From Bacteroidota bacterium (GTDB taxonomy: Bacteria; Bacteroidota; Ignavibacteria; UBA10030): a stretch of 64,000 nucleotides of DNA. Of this stretch, positions 49,540-57,150 are shown one piece after another; position 1 is the stretch's first letter; every line of letters starts with the position of its first letter. The DNA lies in assembly GCA_050015675.1 (NCBI GenBank), contig JBEKAY010000001.1, forward strand, positions 70,067-134,066. The letters run 5' to 3'. Below the pieces are notes generated by a model. The model was given only the letters and a program-made list of their open reading frames with translations. It was not told where the DNA came from and did not search any database. The translations under genes and the position numbers were made by a program.

Positions 49540-52500
49540 ATGAAACTGGCAATCATCTCTCCCGCAAAATCTCTAAATAAGGCATACCAAAAACAACGCA
49601 TCGGTCGCCAGCAAATTGATCTTTTCAAGGCCAATCTTCAAAAGCTCTTCCAAAGTATGAATGAAAACGAAAGCGAAGAGCATCTGAAAAATATCGTCGC
49701 TGACTTTCTTAAAGAGACCTATTACAAAGACGTTCATTATATCAATACAAAAGATCGCGCCGACCTTGTTATTCATAATGGAAGAACCTCATCTGATCCG
49801 GTTGGTATTATTATCGAGGCAAAGAAACCAAGCAATAAGTTAGAAATGGTTTCCCAAAAGGAACCCAATGTAAAAGCGCTCCACGAGTTAATTCTGTATT
49901 ACCTACGGGAACGTATGGACGGAGATAACCATGAAATAAAATACCTTATTGTCACAAATATCTACGAATGGTTCATTTTCGATGCAGTATGGTTTGAAAA
50001 GAATATTTATCGCAATGCCAAGTTATGCAAAGAGTACGAGGAATGGAAGGTAAGCGGTCACGATACAAAATATTTTTATGAGAACATTGCCGCAAAATAT
50101 CTCGATGCTTTGGAGAGTGATCTTTCGTGCACATATTTCGATCTGAAAGAGTACGAGAAAAGCATCCTTAATGCAAAAAACGGGGAAGACAACAAGCTAG
50201 TAGAGTTGCACAAGATTCTTTCATCAGAGCATTTATTTAAGGAACCATTTGTTAATGATAGTAATTCCTTGAACAAGGAATTCTATAATGAACTTCTTCA
50301 TATTCTCGGATTGCAGGAAACTAAAGAGGGCGGGAAAAAACTTATTGCGAGAAAGCCGGAGGCGGAACGCGACGAAGGATCGTTGATCGAAAATACTCTC
50401 CGAAATCTTACTGTCCGGGACCGATTAAAACATATTGAGAATCTATCGCATTACGGGACAACAGAAGAAGACCAATCATTCAGCATTGCGTTAGAACTTT
50501 GTATTACGTGGCTTAACAGAATTCTCTTTCTCAAACTGCTTGAAGGGCAATTGGTCATTTATCACAAGGGGGATGAACAGTATTCTTTCCTCACGACAAA
50601 ACGAATCAGCAATTACGTTGACATAAACGAATTGTTCTTCGAAGTGCTAGCACTGCCAGAAGAGAAACGAAGCCTTTCGGTGAAAAAGAAATTCGGCGAT
50701 CTGCCATACCTTAACAGTTCTTTATTTGAAGAAACATTGTTAGAAAGCAGCGCCTTTGTCATTTCGGAACTCAAGGAACGTCACGAGATTCCTATTTATT
50801 CCGGAACCGTCTTGAAAGACAGCAAAGGAAAGAGAATCACTGGAACGAAAAATACGTTGCACTATTTTCTAGAATTCTTAGAAGCATTTGATTTCTCCAG
50901 CGAAGGCAAAGGAATTATTCAGGAACAAAACAAATCCATTATTAACGCTTCCGTACTTGGGTTGATCTTTGAAAAGATCAACGGATATAAAGACGGCTCA
51001 TACTTCACTCCGGGGTTTATCACTATGTATATGTGCCGTGAAACTTTGCGCAAAGCAGTGGTGCAGAAATTCCGGGGTTCTGGAGTGAAGGCATATCAAA
51101 AGATCGAAACGTTTGAAGATTTGCAAGATGCTATTGAGCATACAGAGAAAGACATACGAGCACAGGCAAATGAAATTGTAAACTCTCTCAAAGTATGCGA
51201 TCCGGCGGTCGGGTCAGGACATTTTCTTGTTTCCGCGCTCAATGAACTGATCGCTATAAAAAGCGACCTGTGCATCCTCAACTATCGGAACGGTTCTCGT
51301 GTAAAAGACTACAACATTGTGATCGAGAATGATGAGCTCATTATTAGCGGCAAAGAAACTGACGAACTGTTTGAATATTCGCTCAACCAAAACAATAAAC
51401 CGATTGAAGAACTGCAAGCATTGCAGGAAGCGCTGTTTCATGAAAAACAGGCGCTGATAGAAAATTGTCTTTTCGGTGTGGATATTAATCCCAAGTCGGT
51501 TATGATCTGCCGTTTGCGACTCTGGATTGAATTGCTAAAACATTCTTACTATACAAAAGAGAGTAAGTATCAATCGCTTGAAACACTTCCGAATATCGAC
51601 ATCAACATCAAATGCGGGAACTCGCTTATCAGCCGGTTTGATGTTCAGGCTGATTTGAGTGATATATTCCGAGATAATAAAGGTCTATTAAGCCAATATC
51701 GGATTGCAGTTGCTACATATAAAAATAGCACTTCCAAAGAGGTCAAAAAGGAATTGAAGGTTTTGATTGACGGCTTCAAAGAAAAGATTGTCAACAAATT
51801 CTATCTCAATGACCCACTTAACAAAAAGCTTCACAAGTATAAAGGACAGCTTACGCTTGTTGAGAACAAGGCTGAAATTGGAAATCTGTTTGAGAAACTT
51901 GCAGAAAAAGACATAGAAACAGACGTCAAGAAACTTAAGATGTTGATAGCAAAAGTCGAGCAAGAAATTGAGATGATTAAAAGTAATAGAACATACAAGG
52001 ATGCGTTTGAATGGCGGTTTGAATTTCCTGAAGTATTAGATGAAGAAGGAAGATTTTTAGGGTTTGATATGGTAATTGGAAATCCCCCTTACGGTGTTGA
52101 ATTTCGAAAGGAGGAGAAAAGATATTTTCAGGAGTGCTATGAAAGTGCACAGACGATTTCAGGTAAATGGAAAGGTTCTACCGATTCTTTCTCCATCTTT
52201 ATAGATAGGGGCTTAACTATCAGTAATCAGTATTCCGGTCTGTCGTATATTGTTTCTATGGCATTCACATCAAGTGAAGCAATGACAGCGCTTCATTCAA
52301 AAATATTTAATACTTGCGAGACTATAAAGGTATCGACATACTCTAATAGACCCCATAAAATATTCGATAGCGCTGATCAGCGTGTCGCAATTATATATCT
52401 TCAAAAAACGAATTCGTCCAACAAAATAGTCTTGACATCTAAATTAAATAAAAGGTATAAGGAAAAACCAGCTCAAGAATTGATAGATAACCTGTCTTTC

Positions 52501-53130
52501 GTTAATGCTAAGCCGTTTTTATTAAAAGGAAGAATACCTAAAATCGGAACGGACATAGAATTATCAATTCTTTCGAAACTCTTTTCAATTGAAACAAAAT
52601 TATTAGATATAATTGCAGAGGATGGATTGCCCCTATACTATCGAGCTGCGGGTGGCAGGTACTTCAATATTGTCACAAATGTCGCTACTGGGTCAACGCA
52701 GGAAAAACCGATTAAAATAAGACGTGATCTACGTGATGTTGTTGGCGGTATTCTTAGCACAAATCTCTATTGGTGGTTTACACATATTTATTCTGACACA
52801 TTACATATAAAATCATATGAGCTTGAAGTATTCCCAGTTCCTGTAAGTTCATTAAGAAAAAGGATAATCACAAAAATAGAATTATTATATAAAAAATATC
52901 TCAAAGATTTGGAAAATAACTCGAGAATAATTAAAGCTGATTACAGTACTATTGATAGTTTTAAAGAATATCGAGCGCGAAAGTCAAAACATCTTATTGA
53001 CAAACTTGATTGGGCAATCCAAGAAGTTTATGGACTGACAGATGAAGAAGTGCAATTTATAATAAATTACGATATTGAATTTCGTAATGATGAACAGGAC
53101 GAAGAAGGCGCCGGAGCAATAGATCGATGA
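49540..53130 (+). CDS. type IIG restriction enzyme / N6-adenine DNA methyltransferase (Eco57I/MmeI-like single polypeptide)
   Basis: 1196 aa. The N-terminus has a PD-(D/E)xK-like motif (DLVIHNG...VGIIIEAKKP). The central gamma-class methyltransferase has motif I VCDPAVGSGHFLV and motif IV VIGNPPYG. A C-terminal target-recognition-like region ends with the family-typical ...VYGLTDEEVQFI tail. Confidence 0.8.
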   Translation: MKLAIISPAKSLNKAYQKQRIGRQQIDLFKANLQKLFQSMNENESEEHLKNIVADFLKETYYKDVHYINTKDRADLVIHNGRTSSDPVGIIIEAKKPSNKLEMVSQKEPNVKALHELILYYLRERMDGDNHEIKYLIVTNIYEWFIFDAVWFEKNIYRNAKLCKEYEEWKVSGHDTKYFYENIAAKYLDALESDLSCTYFDLKEYEKSILNAKNGEDNKLVELHKILSSEHLFKEPFVNDSNSLNKEFYNELLHILGLQETKEGGKKLIARKPEAERDEGSLIENTLRNLTVRDRLKHIENLSHYGTTEEDQSFSIALELCITWLNRILFLKLLEGQLVIYHKGDEQYSFLTTKRISNYVDINELFFEVLALPEEKRSLSVKKKFGDLPYLNSSLFEETLLESSAFVISELKERHEIPIYSGTVLKDSKGKRITGTKNTLHYFLEFLEAFDFSSEGKGIIQEQNKSIINASVLGLIFEKINGYKDGSYFTPGFITMYMCRETLRKAVVQKFRGSGVKAYQKIETFEDLQDAIEHTEKDIRAQANEIVNSLKVCDPAVGSGHFLVSALNELIAIKSDLCILNYRNGSRVKDYNIVIENDELIISGKETDELFEYSLNQNNKPIEELQALQEALFHEKQALIENCLFGVDINPKSVMICRLRLWIELLKHSYYTKESKYQSLETLPNIDINIKCGNSLISRFDVQADLSDIFRDNKGLLSQYRIAVATYKNSTSKEVKKELKVLIDGFKEKIVNKFYLNDPLNKKLHKYKGQLTLVENKAEIGNLFEKLAEKDIETDVKKLKMLIAKVEQEIEMIKSNRTYKDAFEWRFEFPEVLDEEGRFLGFDMVIGNPPYGVEFRKEEKRYFQECYESAQTISGKWKGSTDSFSIFIDRGLTISNQYSGLSYIVSMAFTSSEAMTALHSKIFNTCETIKVSTYSNRPHKIFDSADQRVAIIYLQKTNSSNKIVLTSKLNKRYKEKPAQELIDNLSFVNAKPFLLKGRIPKIGTDIELSILSKLFSIETKLLDIIAEDGLPLYYRAAGGRYFNIVTNVATGSTQEKPIKIRRDLRDVVGGILSTNLYWWFTHIYSDTLHIKSYELEVFPVPVSSLRKRIITKIELLYKKYLKDLENNSRIIKADYSTIDSFKEYRARKSKHLIDKLDWAIQEVYGLTDEEVQFIINYDIEFRNDEQDEEGAGAIDR

Positions 53131-53203
53131 CATAGTATATAAGCTGTACGGGTTAACGGAAGAAGAAATTGCAATTGTAGAAGGAAAGACAACCACCCCT
53201 TAA
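53123..53203 (+). pseudogene. orphan 3' end of a second RM methyltransferase-type gene
   Basis: The +1 frame relative to the RM ORF reads IDDIVYKLYGLTEEEIAIVEGKTTTP*, a second copy of the C-terminal tail motif. A stop (TAG 53120-22) lies immediately upstream, so it cannot be part of a long ORF. Confidence 0.6.
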
Positions 53204-53256
53204 TCCCCTCCTCAAATGAGGAGGGGAGGTTCCGATGTCAATCGGAACAGGGGTGG
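53193..53256 (+). repeat. multi-hairpin palindromic element, copy B (perfect three-way junction)
   Basis: Closing stem ccacccct (53193-200) / aggggtgg (53249-56). Hairpin cccctcctc-aaat-gaggagggg (53205-26). Hairpin gttccgat-gtca-atcggaac (53229-48). All stems are perfect. Confidence 0.8.
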
Positions 53257-53267
53257 TGGAAAAAGCA

Positions 53268-53651
53268 ATGGCTGAACATTACAACAAATCAATAATGAAG
53301 CAGCGGCGAAAAGCGTTAAGGAAAAATCTTTCAAAAGCTGAAGCGATCATGTGGAATCATCTCTCCCGCAGACAGATGAACGGATATAAATTCAGGCGCC
53401 AGCACAGTGTCGAACAATACGTGATTGATATTTATTGTCCCGAATTAGAACTTGCTATTGAAATTGATGGTGACTCACATTTTATGCCTGGTGCAGAAGA
53501 ACAAGATAAAGCCCGCCAGGAATATATCGAATCATTTGGAATACAGTTCCTCCGTTTTACAAATGAAGATGTGTATAAAAATATCGATGGCGTGTGCAAG
53601 ACTGTTTTTAATAAGATTAGAGAGATAAAGATGATGGAAATGAAATCTTGA
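53268..53651 (+). CDS. DUF559 (Vsr-like endonuclease fold) protein
   Basis: LSKAEAIMWNHLSRRQMNGYKFRRQHSVEQYVIDIYCPELELAIEIDGDSH...FLRFTNEDV is the DUF559 pattern. ATG 53268 is preferred because the track start 53235 lies inside the hairpin element. Confidence 0.75.
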   Translation: MAEHYNKSIMKQRRKALRKNLSKAEAIMWNHLSRRQMNGYKFRRQHSVEQYVIDIYCPELELAIEIDGDSHFMPGAEEQDKARQEYIESFGIQFLRFTNEDVYKNIDGVCKTVFNKIREIKMMEMKS

Positions 53652-53766
53652 ACCAAATAGTATTGATGGAAACAATGAAACAAAAGAATATTTCCAAGCG
53701 AGAATTTCTCCGTCGGTGCACTCTTTGTACGGGCGGACTTGCCCTCGGCGCATACAAATCAAATTG
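53541..53766. repeat. direct repeat, left copy (DUF559 3' end + intergenic + amrS 5' end)
   Basis: Aligns by eye to 54829-55056. Two well-conserved blocks (atacagttcctccgttttac...; tattgatggaaacaatgaaacaaaa...ggacttgccctcggcgcataca) are separated by a more diverged ~45-nt middle. Confidence 0.85.
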
Positions 53767-53836
53767 CTCTTCATACTTGCTGACGGAAGAAGAAAAAAAG
53801 ATTGTGGAGGGAGGAAATAAAAACGATTTCAGATGA
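53675..53836 (+). pseudogene. amrS 5' stub (Tat-like leader only) fused to a methyltransferase-tail-like remnant
   Basis: MKQKNISKREFLRRCTLCTGGLALGAYKSNC... parallels the first ~28 aa of the intact amrS (MKQNSISKREFLRQCTFCAGGLALGAYRPN). It then reads ...SSYLLTEEEKKIVEGGNKNDFR*. No radical-SAM core follows. Confidence 0.7.
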
Positions 53837-53907
53837 ATCACTTTTATTGATTTGACCTGCAGTTATTGGCAAAGAACTTTCTTACATGAGAGATACTTAG
53901 AAGTAAC

Positions 53908-54786
53908 ATGGCAATAAAAAAAGAGAAAACAGCAACAATACTCATTGTCGAAGACAGTCCGACGCAAATACTCATACTTAAGAATCTGCTTGAGAAAAAT
54001 GATTTTAATGTCGAGCGAGCAGTCGATGGTGAGGCGGCCCTTTCTTGTGTTCGAAAGGGTAAACCAGATCTCATCATCAGTGATATTTTTATGCCAAAGA
54101 TGGACGGTTATGAACTTTGCCAAGCTCTCAAGCAGGATTCTCGTCTCAGGTCAATACCGGTTATATTGCTCACCACTATGTCAGCTTCAGAGAGTATCGT
54201 CAAAGCACTGAATACCGGCGCCGATTATTTTATCCCGAAACCATACGATGAGAATTACCTCATTTCAAAAATAAAATCCATTCTCGCAACAAAGGATTTG
54301 AACGAAAATCTTGATTACAAAGAAACAATGGAAGTCGTGGTAGATGGTATAAGGCATACGGTTACTTCAAACCGTCAGCAGATTTTGAATCTGCTTTTAT
54401 CCACGTACGATGCCGTGGTTCAGAAAAACAATGAACTCGATGAGACACAGAAGAAGCTCCACGAGACGCAGGCTCAATTAATCGAGAGTCAACGCCTTGC
54501 GGCGATTGCAGAAGTTGTGAGTACTATATGCCACGAAATTAATAATCCTCTCACAGCAGTTATGGTACCTCTGCAATCACGCTTACGGCATGACCTGCCG
54601 GAAAATTATAGAAAGGATTTTGAAGGATGGCTAGAAATGCTTAATAGAATATCCGTTGTCGTTAAGAAACTGTCGGGGTTAAAGACATCCCAAACGATTT
54701 CGGCTGGCGGAGAGTTCAAGATGATAGATCTTTCATTAGAAAAAAATATTTCTTCCTGCAAGGATAAAGATATCGATAAAAAATAG
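53908..54786 (+). CDS. response-regulator receiver + HisKA/DHp-only protein (no ATPase, no output domain)
   Basis: 292 aa. The REC domain has ILIVEDSPTQ ... LIISDIFMPKMDG ... PKP. A coiled-coil linker is followed by an H-box-like SQRLAAIAEVVSTICHEINNPLTAV. The sequence ends ~70 aa later without N/G1/G2 boxes. Confidence 0.7.
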   Translation: MAIKKEKTATILIVEDSPTQILILKNLLEKNDFNVERAVDGEAALSCVRKGKPDLIISDIFMPKMDGYELCQALKQDSRLRSIPVILLTTMSASESIVKALNTGADYFIPKPYDENYLISKIKSILATKDLNENLDYKETMEVVVDGIRHTVTSNRQQILNLLLSTYDAVVQKNNELDETQKKLHETQAQLIESQRLAAIAEVVSTICHEINNPLTAVMVPLQSRLRHDLPENYRKDFEGWLEMLNRISVVVKKLSGLKTSQTISAGGEFKMIDLSLEKNISSCKDKDIDKK

Positions 54787-54828
54787 TATGATTTTACCTG
54801 AGAAATCCATTTTATTCCATTGATGTTT

Positions 54829-54954
54829 ATACAGTTCCTCCGTTTTACTAATGAAGATGTGTATAAAAAAATCGATGGTGTGTGTCAGACTGTTTATAAT
54901 AAAATTGAAGAGGTTGCGATAGTGAAGGGAAAATGCTGGACTGAACAATATTGA
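54829..54954 (+). pseudogene. DUF559 3' stub
   Basis: Reads IQFLRFTNEDVYKKIDGVCQTVYNKIEEVAIVKGKCWTEQY*. The intact DUF559 reads IQFLRFTNEDVYKNIDGVCKTVFNKIREIKMMEMKS*. No upstream part of the gene is present. Confidence 0.75.
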
Positions 54955-55056
54955 TGGAAAACAATGAAACAAAATAGTATTTCCAAGCGTGAATTTCTCC
55001 GTCAGTGCACTTTCTGTGCCGGTGGACTTGCCCTCGGCGCATACAGACCGAATTGG
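54829..55056. repeat. direct repeat, right copy
   Basis: See 53541-53766. Confidence 0.85.
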
Positions 55057-56097
55057 TTTTCACTTCCATCGAACAACGATTTAGGAAAATGGAGCAAGGA
55101 AGCGCTCTTCTACACAAAGACTGCTGATGGGTTACAGTGTGAAAAATGTCCGCAAGGCTGCTTGTTGAACGACGGCGATGTCGGTTTTTGTAGAAGCCGC
55201 GTTGCGAGCAATGGAAAAATGTATACCATCGCTTATGGTAATCCATGTGCCGTGCATATCGATCCAATCGAGAAGAAACCGTTCTTCCATTTTCTGCCTG
55301 CGACACGCGCGTTTTCCATCGCCGTCGCAGGATGCAATTTCCGGTGTCTCAATTGTCAAAACTGGCAAATCTCACAAGTGAGTCCTAAAGAATCCGACAA
55401 TGTTGACTTGATGCCGGAAGAAGTTGTCAAAGCGTGCATTCATTCCGGTTCTGAATCCATTGCATACACGTACTCCGAACCGACAACATTTTACGAGTAC
55501 GCATGCGATACAGCAAAACTTGCACACAATAAAAAGATCCGTAACTTGTGGAAGTCGAATGGATACATGAACGAAAAACCTTTGCGGCAATTGTGCAAGG
55601 TGCTCGATGCGGCAAATATCGATCTGAAAATATTCGATGAAGAAATTTATAAAAAGCTCAGCTCTGGTAAACTAGCGCCTGTGCTCAGGACGTTACAAGT
55701 GCTTCGTGAAGAAGGTGTCTGGCTCGAGATCACCAATCTTGTCATTCCAACGTGGACAGATAATTTCGATACTATCAAACGAATGTGTGAGTGGCTGTGC
55801 ACCAACGGCTTGTCCGATGCGCCGCTGCACTTCAGCCGGTTCACGCCGCTGTACAAACTCAACCAGCTTCCCTCCACGCCGACCGCGACATTAGAAAAAG
55901 CCTACGACATTGCATCGAAGTCGGGGATACAGTATATTTATTTAGGGAACGTTGCAGGCCATTGGGCAGAAAACACCCTTTGTTACAAGTGCAAGAAGAT
56001 CATCGTCGAACGAAGCGCGTTCACCATCCTTGCCAATCACATTGTAAAAGGGAAGTGCAAGTTCTGCGGAGAAAAAATCCCCGGGGTCTGGAGTTAA
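54964..56097 (+). CDS. AmmeMemoRadiSam system radical SAM enzyme (AmrS) with Tat-like N-terminal leader
   Basis: 377 aa with radical-SAM cluster motif CNFRCLNCQNW (CxxxCxxC) and an upstream Cys cluster CEKCPQGC...GFC typical of the AmrS/PflA-like family. The N-terminal ~30 aa SKREFLRQCTFCAGGLALGAY resembles a twin-arginine leader with KR instead of RR. Confidence 0.8.
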   Translation: MKQNSISKREFLRQCTFCAGGLALGAYRPNWFSLPSNNDLGKWSKEALFYTKTADGLQCEKCPQGCLLNDGDVGFCRSRVASNGKMYTIAYGNPCAVHIDPIEKKPFFHFLPATRAFSIAVAGCNFRCLNCQNWQISQVSPKESDNVDLMPEEVVKACIHSGSESIAYTYSEPTTFYEYACDTAKLAHNKKIRNLWKSNGYMNEKPLRQLCKVLDAANIDLKIFDEEIYKKLSSGKLAPVLRTLQVLREEGVWLEITNLVIPTWTDNFDTIKRMCEWLCTNGLSDAPLHFSRFTPLYKLNQLPSTPTATLEKAYDIASKSGIQYIYLGNVAGHWAENTLCYKCKKIIVERSAFTILANHIVKGKCKFCGEKIPGVWS

Positions 56098-56221
56098 TCA
56101 GGTTTTTTTCTATCTTTCATATATGTCAAAATCACCGAGCCGCAAAGGAATATATAGGTTTTTCTCTTGGCGCACCTTGGCGTCTTAGCGGTTTATATTT
56201 CTTTGAAGAAAGGATTTACAA

Positions 56222-57148
56222 ATGGCAACACCTGAATTAGTTTTTTTTGACGGCAAGATAGTTCCATATAGTGAAGCGAAAGTTGGCGTGCTGACGCACG
56301 GATTGAATTACGGCACAGGTATTTTCGGCGGTATCCGCGGCTACTGGAATGATGAGGAGAAACAGATGTTTGTCTTCCGCCCGCTCGACCATTACAAGCG
56401 CTTTCTTGATTCCACAAAACTGCTGCGGATGGAGCTTCCGTACACCAAAGAAAGTTTGACAGAAGCGACGCTTGAGCTCATCCGAAAACAAAATTTTCGA
56501 GAGAATGTCTATATTCGCCCGCTGGCATTTTATGGCGACGAGATCATCGGTGTGCGGCTGCATAACCTTACACCGCGGCTCTCGATTGCTGCTGTTCCAT
56601 TCGGACGTTACATAGAGCAGGAAGAAGGTGCGCACGTAACGATTTCCTCCTGGTGGCGTGTGGAGGACAATATGATTCCTGCGCGCGGGAAGATCGTTGG
56701 TGCGTACGTTAACTCCGCGCTCTCCAAAACCGATGCGCAGCTTTCTGGGTTTGACGAAGCAATTGTATTGAGCCAGAATGGCCACGTCTCCGAAGGTTCT
56801 GCCGAAAACATTTTTATGGTGAAGAACGGCGTATTCATAACGCCGCCGGTGACGGATAATATTTTAGAAGGCATTGTGCGTCGTACGTTCATACAGTTGA
56901 TACAGGACGAATTGGGAATGGAGGTGCAGGAACGCTCCATCGACCGGACGGAATTGTTCCTTGCGGATGAACTCTTTTTTGGTGGAACCGGCGTTCAATT
57001 GGTTTCTATAACAAAAATCGACCACCGCCTCATTGCTGACGGAAAGATGGGACCACTCACGCTAAAATTACGCGATGTATTTTTTGATGTTGTGTTCGGT
57101 AGAGCTGCAAAGTATCGCAACTGGTGCATGCCTGCGTATAAGAAATAG
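56222..57148 (+). CDS. ilvE: branched-chain amino acid aminotransferase (fold type IV)
   Basis: 308 aa with the EGSAENIFMVKNGVFITPP motif and the overall class IV aminotransferase pattern. Confidence 0.8.
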   Translation: MATPELVFFDGKIVPYSEAKVGVLTHGLNYGTGIFGGIRGYWNDEEKQMFVFRPLDHYKRFLDSTKLLRMELPYTKESLTEATLELIRKQNFRENVYIRPLAFYGDEIIGVRLHNLTPRLSIAAVPFGRYIEQEEGAHVTISSWWRVEDNMIPARGKIVGAYVNSALSKTDAQLSGFDEAIVLSQNGHVSEGSAENIFMVKNGVFITPPVTDNILEGIVRRTFIQLIQDELGMEVQERSIDRTELFLADELFFGGTGVQLVSITKIDHRLIADGKMGPLTLKLRDVFFDVVFGRAAKYRNWCMPAYKK

Positions 57149-57150
57149 TA

